A stretch of 63,098 nucleotides of DNA, counting the filler, from Craspedostauros australis (lineage: Eukaryota): the NCBI GenBank assembly GCA_030167865.1. It is 13 parts of 13 records of this genome, joined end to end, with 100 filler letters (N's around TTAATTAATTAA, not from the genome) between each part and the next. Parts side by side here need not be neighbours in the genome. Positions count along the whole stretch, not along the records: positions 1 to 13,599 come from JALAGF010002661.1; positions 13,700 to 36,210 come from JALAGF010002666.1; 11 more parts are not named here. One strand, 5' to 3'. This document shows, one piece after another, positions 12,091 to 22,468 of this stretch. A program made the position numbers and the translations under genes. Numbering within the stretch: the stretch's first letter is position 1; each line of letters starts with the position of its first letter. The notes beneath the pieces were generated by a model, which saw only the letters and a list, made by a program, of their open reading frames with translations, was not told the origin of the DNA and made no database searches.

Positions 12091-12202
12091 TTGAAAATAG
12101 CAGGCATGTTCCGAATGAATGCACATCCATCGTTTGCCCTGCATATCGTGCTGACTCAGTGAGCAAGTCTAGAGAGTGTAGCGTAGAGGAGCCGCTGAGC
12201 AT

Positions 12203-12805
12203 CTGCTGGGTAACCCGTGGTTGGCCAAGGTGACGAGCTCTCCCGCGCTCTCCACACCAGCAGGTGCTTCATTCCAGTACGGTGGATGATTTCAATGAGT
12301 TGCTTCCACCTATCACTTCACCCCACTCCAATGCGCCTCCTCTGACACCCTCCATTCACTACTCACTCACTCACTCACTCTCTCACTCCGAATCAAGACA
12401 AATCATGGCGTGTTGTACATGGAGTAGACTAGCGTAGAGTAGAGCAGAGCAGAAGAGAGGAGAGTATACGCTATTACACGAATTGGAAATGATTCGAAAA
12501 CAGCAACATCGAAAGGTGCGGTACTTATATATCACATATCACAAATCAACACTTCCCAAAAACAAACAACACAATTCAGCCAGACCAATTGGCTACGATT
12601 ATGCTGGTATCCATAGCCAAACTTGTCAGTTGACATGACACGCTAAGTGGGACAACCTTTCTATCACAAATACGACAGAATCGAACTATTCTGTACACTG
12701 GAAATGTCCACGTCGTTTCACGTTTCAATGTGTCCATCAATGAGAACCGCGACAGTCACAACAACGAAACGAAATTGTCCTGTTATCACGAAGCGGAGTT
12801 AAACT
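12203..12805. repeat. Long inverted repeat, right copy
   Basis: Reverse-complement match to 1..594. It may extend further right, but the partner sequence would lie outside the window. Confidence 0.95.
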
Positions 12806-13599
12806 CTTGGTGGCGGAATCGGCGAACTTTCAGAACCAGAAACCAACAAAGTAAGCGGTGGAGGCCACCAACCGACAGAATTGTCAGTCGAAAGCGTGTT
12901 CAGCACCATCAGCCTTTGTTCATCGGCCACTTCCTTGTTCTCTGTTCTGTACTTCTGTGGTTCTGTCCCCCTGTCCCCATGCTATCACTACAAATTCCGT
13001 GCCATGGATACGAACCATGACAAAGAACAAAGCAGGGTGGAGCAGAGCAGAGTCGTGTAGAGTAGAGTTGTGTGGTACCATCGCACAGAATCCTCCTCTC
13101 ACATTTTGGCATCCTCATCTTGGTGTCTGCAGTTGCACCGTCCAATAACTCCGCATGGAGCGGCATCACATCCACTTTCCTGGGAGAATGCATCTTTCTG
13201 GTCAAACATACTTCCTGGCTTCTTTACGCCCTTCGTTGTCTGCCGATGGTATCAGGCAGCTGCGTCCGTCTTCCTTCCCACTTTCCTCCTTGTCTCACCC
13301 TCCCTACCTTCCTGATCCTCACCACTTTCCTCTCATTCCTCCATCCTTCCCACGCAGTCGCCAATCCACATACACGACGGAATTCACGGCACCGGAACAG
13401 CAGGCAGACACTTCTGGCATCACTGACATGTTCCTCCGGAATGGAGCTGAAACAGGGGCTTGTATGACCATGATGATGCGATAAAGCAGAACAGAACGGG
13501 GCAGAACAGAGCATGGTGCGAGCAGAAGTGAGAGTGGAGTATACCTGCGGACTGTTGTATCACCGTCACTGTTGCTTCCGTTGCCTCCGCCACATCGGC

Positions 13600-13699
13600 N
13601 NNNNNNNNNNNNNNNNNNNNNNNNNNNNNNNNNNNNNNNNNNNTTAATTAATTAANNNNNNNNNNNNNNNNNNNNNNNNNNNNNNNNNNNNNNNNNNNN
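13600..13699. other. Assembly gap with artificial TTAATTAATTAA linker (first of many)
   Basis: N-run/TTAATTAATTAA/N-run recurs at ~36211, 38002, 40869, 42158, 43395, 49381, 51941, 54008, 58064, 59709 and 61513. The linker puts stop codons in all six frames. Confidence 0.97.
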
Positions 13700-13719
13700 G
13701 GATGGCTGCTCTGTCGGAA

Positions 13720-15357
13720 TCATCGTTGGGGTATCGCTTGCCAGCGGAGAAGGGGGCGAAAGTTGGGCAATCTGTTGGGCGTTGGTCTTTGTTGATGCAG
13801 AATTGATCGACCCTTTTCACTGGTTGGGTCGCCATCGACGTCTTTGGGGCAGGCGACGGCAGCATCGCAGATAATGAAGACTTCGTCGCTGTCGCAGTTG
13901 GTTTTTGTCATGCATTCGTAGCATGCGCCGCTGCTGTCACAGCCATATTCTGGCACAATGATGTCAGTCGTCATTGAGTCACCGAATCCCAATCCTGCGC
14001 AAGCGTAGGCTGNGGCGCAGGCATTGTCGCTGATGATCAAGCTGCCCTGAATCTTCCCAGCTGACGGCGACGGTGTGCATGTGCAGTCGTAGTAAAAGCT
14101 CGCATGTGCTCCAGTGCATGCAAACTCACCAAGGCATGCATTGAACCCAATTCTGACGTGGCTCTGGGAACAACTGGGCCTGTACTGTTCAACGCGGTAG
14201 CCATCGCCCGCACAGGCGTAGGGTCCAACGCAGGCGCCACTTTGTATGATGACGTCTCTGCAGGAATAATTGCCAACGAGGGTGCAGGAAAGATAATCAG
14301 TGCAGGCCAGTTGACCAATGAAGGTGACGCCGTACGTTGGGTGAGGACCATAGCAATCGGAAACATAAAGAGAGTTCATGCCGGCGCATGCCCCTTTGCT
14401 GGTACAGGATGAATCCAGGACCAATGTGTTTAGTCCCATCCTGTCGCAAGATCCAGACCCAATGCAGGCAGTGGTGGCAATGGTTGTGAAACTGTAACCG
14501 TCGGCGCTGGTACAGTGATACTCCTCTGCACAGCTTGGAGCCCCAGCGTCCTGGCACATGTAGTAGATGTCCTCGCCACCGAGAGCTGTGAGCAGAGTGG
14601 TGCCGGCGGCGGACAATAGCGTCAGCTCCTCAGCTAGCAAGGGGTTGGATGCATATCGGTTGAATAGCTTGCGCACATCCCCTTCGGTCAAGAGGTCAGC
14701 GCATGCGAAGTAATTCTGCAATCCTGGTGTGCTTCGAACAGCAGTGACGGCCTCGCGGCATGATGTCTTGGATGGATTGCAGATGATGGCATTTGGGTCG
14801 AATGCATCTGGCGGAAAACATGGCGGCGCAACATCTGGCTCGCAGGCCACGGAGATGCTGGAATCAAATGCAAACGAGGCGGTAGTTGATGCAGATGTAG
14901 GCCCCGATGTCGGCATGCTGGTTGCTCCGCCTGTTGGCTGGTCGGTCGGTGATGAGGTAGGCCTCAAGGTTGGATTGCTGGTCGCCGAGGCAACTGGCCG
15001 CCCAGTTGGCCTTGAAGTTGGTGCCCCAGTTGGTGGCAAGGTTGGTGTAGAAGTCGGTGTTGTCGTCATTATTCCAGCCAATGCAGTTGATGCCAATGTA
15101 GGAGAGCTGGTAGGCGAACTGGTTGGTGCCACGCTGGGATTGCTGCTCGGATTGTTGGACGGTGCTCCCGTCTGTTTGTTACCCTTGAAGTTCTTTGGGA
15201 TGAAACCGCCGTCGCTCTTCAGCAGTCTGGTTGCCTGCATCGCGACATGAAGTTCGTCGGTTGGGTCAACCAATCTATGGCCGCGAAGGATGGCATCGAT
15301 TGTCTTGCATTCGGCGAGCAAGATCGCCGTGATGGTCGCTGCCTTGAACTTGAGCAT
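13720..15357 (-). CDS. Secreted protein: signal peptide, Pro/Thr/Ser mucin-like stalk, Cys-rich [A/S]CxGxxAC repeats
   Basis: The leader is MLKFKAATITAILLA, followed by a PTSSPT-rich tract. Repeats include ACIGSGSC, SCTSKGAC, ACVGPYAC, ACLGEFAC and GCDSSGAC. The C-terminal end near the gap is uncertain. Confidence 0.75.
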   Translation of the reverse strand: MLKFKAATITAILLAECKTIDAILRGHRLVDPTDELHVAMQATRLLKSDGGFIPKNFKGNKQTGAPSNNPSSNPSVAPTSSPTSSPTLASTALAGIMTTTPTSTPTLPPTGAPTSRPTGRPVASATSNPTLRPTSSPTDQPTGGATSMPTSGPTSASTTASFAFDSSISVACEPDVAPPCFPPDAFDPNAIICNPSKTSCREAVTAVRSTPGLQNYFACADLLTEGDVRKLFNRYASNPLLAEELTLLSAAGTTLLTALGGEDIYYMCQDAGAPSCAEEYHCTSADGYSFTTIATTACIGSGSCDRMGLNTLVLDSSCTSKGACAGMNSLYVSDCYGPHPTYGVTFIGQLACTDYLSCTLVGNYSCRDVIIQSGACVGPYACAGDGYRVEQYRPSCSQSHVRIGFNACLGEFACTGAHASFYYDCTCTPSPSAGKIQGSLIISDNACAXAYACAGLGFGDSMTTDIIVPEYGCDSSGACYECMTKTNCDSDEVFIICDAAVACPKDVDGDPTSEKGRSILHQQRPTPNRLPNFRPLLRWQAIPQR

Positions 15358-16877
15358 CTTCGGTTTCCACGTGATCTTTGCTTGGTTGTGGTTTGCTGGA
15401 ATGCTGTTTCTTTCCTCTCGAATTTGGACGAGCGGTTTACCATTGCTCGTATTTGCTTCAAGGCTCCTTCACACTCGTGGCTGGATTGGTACTTTCGGTT
15501 GTGTTGATGTCGTCCCTTGCGCCTTGGCGTTCTTGCAGGAGGATCGTGCTGCACGGTTGCGCAGGATGCATACCGTACCATGTTGATCATGTGCGCACCG
15601 CATGTTATCGGAGAAGAAAAATGGAAACCGCAACAGTGGCAAGAATGTGGATTGGGTGAGCTGTGCATGCATCATTCACAGGATTGGCAGCCAAGGTGAA
15701 GACGATGTCGTGGTGATTGGCGAAGCACTGTCGTCTGCGTCGTACAGATCGCCAATGCGCTTCGTCGTATTCCGAGACGATTGGATGTTGCTGGTTTCCA
15801 TTGTGAGACTGGTCAACGTGGAGTGTTGTTGGCTGTCCTGGCATGGCACATTCTGTTGTTGCCGCGCGCAGTCATCATCTTGTCTTGCAGAGGAAGAGTC
15901 ACACGATGTCTCTTCCTCTGTTGTGACTCGTTTTTCATGACGTGGAATCCGTTCGCTGTGACGTAGAAGACGGATCAGCGAGAGCAAACACACAATAGCT
16001 CCAAATATCCAATCGCCGTTTCTCCCAAAAGCAAGCAAACCAGTGGCAACAAGGGGCCAAAACTCTACAACTAGTGTTATCGTGAGTGCATCAACTGCGA
16101 CCTGGAGGTAGTAGAATAGAGTGGAGCGGCATGTCGCAGAGTAGGTCGTTGTCGGTTCCAGGTTTGGATTCAGTCGTCGCTATTAATGTGTCAGCGACAC
16201 TCTCGGGAGGTCTGCATAGTTCCAATCGATCCACTCCATTGAGTTGCGCCGGCGGAACTGCAGCCAAAGCTGACGAAAGGCACAAACGCCACCGAGATTG
16301 CAAACGCCAAGAAGTCCGAGAGGCACGGATCGGCGTTGGACTTTTGCGTGTCTGGTCGCACGCAACTAACGGAGAGATCCATCATGATGTTTTTTCACCT
16401 GATGCATCATCATCGTCGTCGTCCTGGTGGGTCTGGATGAGAGCATTGTTGCTCCCTGCGATGGTCGGTGCCAAGCTAAGGAATAGGTTTAACCTGATCG
16501 GCCATCTGCGTCGTGGTGTGAAAGAAAGAGGGACTTTGTGCTCGAGGGGTCAGGTCGCCGCCACGCGCCCAGTCACTGTTGACGAATGACCTGTGACATG
16601 GTATTTAATGACAACAACGACGTTCACAAAGGCGGACAACCAAAACAACAAGACAAAAGAGCACAACAGAGGCAGAACAAGGAGGGCAGGAGCGAACATG
16701 CATCCAAGAAAAAGTCGTGAGAAACGAGAAGACCGTGGCGCCTGTGTCAGCGACAACAGCAACACCAACAGCAACACAATTTCGCCAAGGCAGATGGGAG
16801 CAAGATGACAACGGCACGAAGTCCCGTCGCTCCACATCTCATCGATTCACTTTTGTTGGACATTCAAATCCAACTTC

Positions 16878-16940
16878 GCATTGAGTTGCATCCGCTTGCA
16901 TTGAGTTGCATTGAGTTGCATTGAGTTGCATTGAGTTGCC
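16878..16940. repeat. 10-bp minisatellite (TTGAGTTGCA)n
   Basis: About 6 tandem units, one degenerate, ~220 bp upstream of the 17161 ATG. Confidence 0.9.
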
Positions 16941-17160
16941 TCACCCTCTGGCGAACACAACCTCGCTCACCTGCGAAGAGGCAATAGCAACAAAGGATAG
17001 CAAACCGAAGGGCCATTTGATCCAATCCCGTCCATCACGTTAATGCTGCCTATTCTGCTCATGCTGTCTATTCTGTTCATCTGTTGAGTTACCAATAGCA
17101 GACTAGCATCGACACTACCATCGACACTAACAACAACACCACCACCCCCCAACAACAACC

Positions 17161-20100
17161 ATGACGGGCGTCGGAGCTGTGTTCGAGCTGTACGAGAGCT
17201 GGACGGACAAGCGTGACAAGAAGAAGAAGGCGAAGTCAGAGAGGCAACTGCAGGCCAACTTGGCAGCCCAGGAGGCCGAAGATGACCAGAGCGGCAGCAC
17301 CCAGCAGAAGCAGCAGAAGAAGGAGGAACCGCAGATAGGATACCGCATCGAGGACCGGCTGGCCGCCTTCCAGGAGCACAAGCGGCGGCAGCGGCAGCTG
17401 GAGCTGCACCAGAGCGCGGGCGGCAGCACCGGGAGGCCGCCCACGAAGCTGCAGTCGCTGGCCTCCACGGACGACGAGTACATAGACGAGGCCGTCTTCT
17501 ACCACGCCTGCATCCGCAACAACGACTGGGACGGTCTCTGGGAGCTGCTGCTCAACTACGACTTCCAGCACTACCAGGAGGAGCACAAGAAGCACCAGGA
17601 GATCGTCAAGAAGGCCACCGCTGCCGCCGCTGCCAAGCCCAAGCGCCGCCTCCGCATCGTGCGCGGCGCCATCAACGTCAAGAACTACCTCCTTCCCGAG
17701 AAGGACGACGACGACGACCCGGACCTGCTCATCAACGACCCCACGCGCCCCATCTCGCCGCTGCTGGGATGCGACGCCATCGGCAGGACGTCGCTGCACT
17801 CCCTCTGCGCCATCCGCGAGGTCGGCGATCGCATCCTCCTGCGCACGCTGCAGTCCGAGAAGATGGCCGCGCAGGTCCGCGACGACTACGGACAGCTGCC
17901 GCTGCACATCGCCACCAAGAGCGGCAAGTCCATCAAGGTCATCGACAAGCTCATGCGGGCCAACATACCTGGCATCGCGCAGGAGGATGCGTCGTCGCGC
18001 ACGGCGCTGTGGTACTGCATCCAGCGCACCATCCTCACGGCGGAGTACGGCATGGAGCATCATGAGGAGATTCCCGCCGTCAGGCCCGTGGACGATATCG
18101 ATCAGCTCGGACTTGAGCATGATAGTGGTCATGACGCAATGCCCATCGCGCACGCGTCCATCGTCGATGCTTCCATGGTCTCTGACGACAGCCTGTTTGG
18201 TGGCAGCAGGTCCACGTACCACGACAACAGCAACCACAACGGCAACGACAACGGCAACGCTCATGACGATGCGACCGTCATCACGGCAACGCACGGCAGG
18301 AGCTTCCGTGGAGACTCGTCGATGCGGGATTTCACGTCCCGTTCCACACGATCGTACTACCGCAACCAAGACGATTTCGTGGAGAAGGAGGACGGGACGA
18401 CGCATTATTCCACCGTCGCGGATGCCGTGGTGACAGCCATCGACGAAGATGACGATAATGCTGGCCATGGCCATGACGATGATGCCGCTGGTTTGGGCAA
18501 GTCGATGGCATCCATCATCTCCAACGTCGGCCAAGTCAACGACCCGAGAGCGCACCTCATGATGCAGTCCATGTCCCTGCGTTCCACGCGCACCGCCATC
18601 ACCACCAAATCATCGGCCTCGGTGCCCGAATCATCCTCCAAGCTATTGACCTCCAAGATTCACAAGATCAAATTCACCTCCATCACCAACGACCCCTACG
18701 CCAAGACCACGTGGGGCATCCCGCGCACGCAGGATCAGATTCAATGGCAGGAGCTGCAGGAGAATCACTGGAAGAAGGTGCGATTCATGCTGTCGGCGTA
18801 CTCGGCGAGACGCAAGATCTTCAAGCCCAGCGAGCGAGAGCTCCTCCTGTGGGTCATCGATCACGCCGCCCCGCCCTCCGTCATCGAGGTCGCCCTCTTC
18901 GCCTCGCAGAAGCTCCTGCAGACGGATCCCACCCTGGCATCGGCGGCGCTGCATCTATTCATGCGCCGACAGTATCCCATCAAGAACCTGCATCTCCTCC
19001 TGCATCATTTCCCCGTCCAGAACAAGGAGACCATGGAGGCCGCCAGGCGATTGCTCACCAAGTACTACACCTCCGGGTGCCAGCTCGCGGACGACGACAC
19101 CATCCCCACGTTCCGCAAGGAGATGGAGCAGAAGGCGCTCGGCAACCGCAAGCCATCGCTCGCCTGCGCGGAGTGGTGGGACAAGTGCACGGCCCTCATG
19201 AAGCTCTGCGGTCACGAGAACGTGGAGACCAATAAGACCAAATTCCGCAAGGTTCATCTCCTGCATGCCGCTCTATCCAACCCGGAGACGCCACCGTCGC
19301 TCATCCAGCTCTGCATGGTCCTGTCGCCAAAGTCGCTCGCGCTGCCCCATCCAGCCAACAACGCCCTGCTCATCCATCTCATCTGCAAGTCGTGGCGCTA
19401 CAATCTCTTCCCCCATTCCAAGGGCCTTGGCATAGACTTCCCCATCGACCCGGAACCGCCGATGGATCAGGTGGTCCGCATCATCCTCGCCTCCGATCCC
19501 TCCCTCACGCGCAACCGATACGAAAAGAGACTGCCGTTGCATCATGCCATCGCAAGCTACAAAACATGGGACTTCCTCCAATCGCTGACGCAGATAGACC
19601 GCCTCACCTTATCCCAACGCGACCCAATCACCAAGCTCTATCCGTTCCAACTCGCGGCGACCCTCATCACAAACGAGAACAACAACAACAGCCTCTTCCC
19701 CACGAACGCCGTCGTCATCAACCGCAACGCCGCGCTGTGGGCACACGCGCGTCATTCTCAGGAATGGACCCACATGACGCCCAGACAGCGCGCCATCGCG
19801 GTGCAGAGCATCGTCGAGAAGCAGGAGCTGGAGCAGTTCAGCATCACGTACCAACTGCTGCGCATCTTTCCGCAGGCCATTGCCAGCGGGGCCTCGTTGG
19901 CGCAGCCATCGGCCTTTCGTGACGCGACTGGCCGCGGTATGGTCTCGGCGCATTATTTGCAGTTCTGTTACAGGCACATGGTGCCGGATGTCATCGGGGT
20001 GGAAGACGAAGACGATGACGACGAGGAGGAAGGAGAGGGTGAAGTCGATGCTGATGGAGACAATGAGGACAAGGCGAAGGCGAAAACCAAAGGCAAAGGC

Positions 20101-21963
20101 AAGAAAGGAAACGATGATGAAGATGGGAGCAACGCGGATCCCGACAGCGACGACGATAGCAGTGTTGACGACAAGAAGAAAAAGAAGTCAAAGAAGAAGG
20201 ACAAGAAAAAGAAAAAGAACAAACAGAAAGAGAAAGAGAAGGAAAAGAAGAAGAAAAAGCGAGGCAAGAAGGAGAAGAAGGGCAAAGCGCAACAGACGCA
20301 AGATGAAGATGGTGAAGAGGAGAAGGTAGAGATCGGGGAAGATCAAAGGATGGCAATCAGCGAACACCAAAGCGATGATGACGCCACGGGAATTTCGACG
20401 ATGCACTCGCGGATGAACGACTACAGCTACACCATGGAGGATGATGCCACGGAATCCAAGAAGACCATGGTCAGCTCCATGAATCAGTCCTTCGCATCAC
20501 GGAGCTTCGTTGTGCGCGGCGATCTGATCATGACAGAGGACGAGATCGAAGACTGGGTACTGATTCCGCAGAACTACGACCTGATCCGGCATGCCATCGA
20601 TACGAGGGCAATCCCACCACAGCTGGGGCCATGGTGGGAACGATGCAAGTTCTGGATATGGTACTGCACTCCGACGAACTCGAGCGAGATAGCAAAGTCA
20701 CCGAAGGATTCGCTCCTGCTTCATGCGGCACTGGCAAATGAGGACACCCCTCCGATTATCATTCAGCTCATCCTGGCAATCCACCCGCTTTCGGCGTCGT
20801 TGCCATCGTTCGGCGTGCACGGGGCGTTCGAATATCCATTGCACATAGCCGCACGCACGCCAACGTACGTCGCACAAGACTTCGAAGAGCTCTCCTCAGC
20901 GTCGGCATTGCAGATGGTGCTGGAGGCATTCCCGGAAGCGGCCTTCGTGGAGAACGCACAAGGTCTCCCCATCCAAGTTGCGACCGCGGCAGGGAAGACA
21001 TGGTACGAAATGCAAGCGCTGGTGCGTGTGACCAACCAAAACCCGGATGTTTCCAAACGCGCCGATAACTTGATGGTGGGTGCGCAGCAACCAAATCAGA
21101 GAGGTGCCGGGGGAAGCGCCGCAGCCGGCCATGTCGCGCAAGCTCCTTCGGCAAGCATGGCACGGGCCTCAACGAATGCAAACAGCGCACGTGCACAAGG
21201 CATGGCTGGCAACACTGCACCACCTCAGCAGCAGCAGCAGCACCAGTCGGACCCGCGCCTCGTGGCTGCAATGCCACCGGTTGTCGATGAAGTTGAAGCG
21301 GAGCCGCCGGCATTTGACTTGGGACTCACGCAACCGTCGACAAGTCAGGCATGGAGCGATCTGCGCAAGAACTTGACCAGCTTCGACTTGACGGGCAGCT
21401 GCGGTGTGGGCGATGCATCCGACGCGATCGCGGAATCCTTCGATGAAGTGGAGTACGAGTACAACGACGGTGGCGGCAGCAATGACGGTGGTGGAAATGG
21501 GAGTATGCCGTACAGCCAGCAACAATTCCAAACGACCGAACCAATGTCGACGAGGACGCCATCCGACAACCTCCTTGGTCCTATGTCGAACCATACGGCG
21601 GACGATTTCGCATTTGCATCTACTGGAAGCTCAGATGATGACTCGTACTCGGCACGCTACGACGCGGATGCGGCCTCATTCGACACGGACACGAGCTCAT
21701 GGAGATCCATGTCACAAAATGAGGGTGCTGGTCGTTGGCATCAGTCGGCCTCCTCCGCGAACATGTCGACGTACTCATCTGCCAGCTCCACCCAAGACTT
21801 CGCCCGGCAAAATCTGGATACGACCAACATCAATGCGGCTGCGTGGGACATCAGCACGATTCCGGACATTCAAGAACTCAGCGGTCCAGCACCAAGTCCG
21901 CAGGATGAGCCGGCCATGAGACGACCAACAAGCAAGAATCGTGTGCGAAGGAAGCAAGTGTGA
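17161..21963 (+). CDS. Large ankyrin-like (LPLH-type) repeat protein, 1600 aa
   Basis: Uninterrupted ORF with GRTSLH, GQLPLHIA, RLPLHHAI, LYPFQLAA and YPLHIAA motifs, an acidic/lysine-rich insert and a disordered tail. Confidence 0.85.
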   Translation: MTGVGAVFELYESWTDKRDKKKKAKSERQLQANLAAQEAEDDQSGSTQQKQQKKEEPQIGYRIEDRLAAFQEHKRRQRQLELHQSAGGSTGRPPTKLQSLASTDDEYIDEAVFYHACIRNNDWDGLWELLLNYDFQHYQEEHKKHQEIVKKATAAAAAKPKRRLRIVRGAINVKNYLLPEKDDDDDPDLLINDPTRPISPLLGCDAIGRTSLHSLCAIREVGDRILLRTLQSEKMAAQVRDDYGQLPLHIATKSGKSIKVIDKLMRANIPGIAQEDASSRTALWYCIQRTILTAEYGMEHHEEIPAVRPVDDIDQLGLEHDSGHDAMPIAHASIVDASMVSDDSLFGGSRSTYHDNSNHNGNDNGNAHDDATVITATHGRSFRGDSSMRDFTSRSTRSYYRNQDDFVEKEDGTTHYSTVADAVVTAIDEDDDNAGHGHDDDAAGLGKSMASIISNVGQVNDPRAHLMMQSMSLRSTRTAITTKSSASVPESSSKLLTSKIHKIKFTSITNDPYAKTTWGIPRTQDQIQWQELQENHWKKVRFMLSAYSARRKIFKPSERELLLWVIDHAAPPSVIEVALFASQKLLQTDPTLASAALHLFMRRQYPIKNLHLLLHHFPVQNKETMEAARRLLTKYYTSGCQLADDDTIPTFRKEMEQKALGNRKPSLACAEWWDKCTALMKLCGHENVETNKTKFRKVHLLHAALSNPETPPSLIQLCMVLSPKSLALPHPANNALLIHLICKSWRYNLFPHSKGLGIDFPIDPEPPMDQVVRIILASDPSLTRNRYEKRLPLHHAIASYKTWDFLQSLTQIDRLTLSQRDPITKLYPFQLAATLITNENNNNSLFPTNAVVINRNAALWAHARHSQEWTHMTPRQRAIAVQSIVEKQELEQFSITYQLLRIFPQAIASGASLAQPSAFRDATGRGMVSAHYLQFCYRHMVPDVIGVEDEDDDDEEEGEGEVDADGDNEDKAKAKTKGKGKKGNDDEDGSNADPDSDDDSSVDDKKKKKSKKKDKKKKKNKQKEKEKEKKKKKRGKKEKKGKAQQTQDEDGEEEKVEIGEDQRMAISEHQSDDDATGISTMHSRMNDYSYTMEDDATESKKTMVSSMNQSFASRSFVVRGDLIMTEDEIEDWVLIPQNYDLIRHAIDTRAIPPQLGPWWERCKFWIWYCTPTNSSEIAKSPKDSLLLHAALANEDTPPIIIQLILAIHPLSASLPSFGVHGAFEYPLHIAARTPTYVAQDFEELSSASALQMVLEAFPEAAFVENAQGLPIQVATAAGKTWYEMQALVRVTNQNPDVSKRADNLMVGAQQPNQRGAGGSAAAGHVAQAPSASMARASTNANSARAQGMAGNTAPPQQQQQHQSDPRLVAAMPPVVDEVEAEPPAFDLGLTQPSTSQAWSDLRKNLTSFDLTGSCGVGDASDAIAESFDEVEYEYNDGGGSNDGGGNGSMPYSQQQFQTTEPMSTRTPSDNLLGPMSNHTADDFAFASTGSSDDDSYSARYDADAASFDTDTSSWRSMSQNEGAGRWHQSASSANMSTYSSASSTQDFARQNLDTTNINAAAWDISTIPDIQELSGPAPSPQDEPAMRRPTSKNRVRRKQV

Positions 21964-22468
21964 AGTGCACTGTATTCGTACGACCATGCAGAACAGCTCG
22001 CCATGGTGTGTGGCAGCTGAGTGTAGTGTATGACATGATAGTCTACAATGGTAGTGAAGTATTTAGAGTAGAAAAGAACACGGCAAAACAGAGTCGAGAT
22101 GCATCTCCTGAAACCAGTGATAAGAGCGTGGAACAACACGCTGTGGCACCACGTAACACCGTTCTCCTGACACAGAGTGAATAATCCTATGCTGGACCTC
22201 TATGTTTGTCTGTTGCGTGTACTACTCCAGTACGTGATGAGCTATAACACTCTCTAGAGCAGAATAATGTTATATGTATGAGGAGGTTAGAAAAGCAAAA
22301 GGTTTGCGGCGCATGGCCGTGCGCAACTCGCGAACAGGTGACGCCTGCGATGTTTGTCTGACTGATTGGTTGACCTCGCCAGTGCCCTCAACAATCTCAT
22401 CTGAGCCAACCCCGTGTTTGCCCAGGAGCTTCTTTATCACATTGATGTTGATGCTACGCTGCTGAGCG

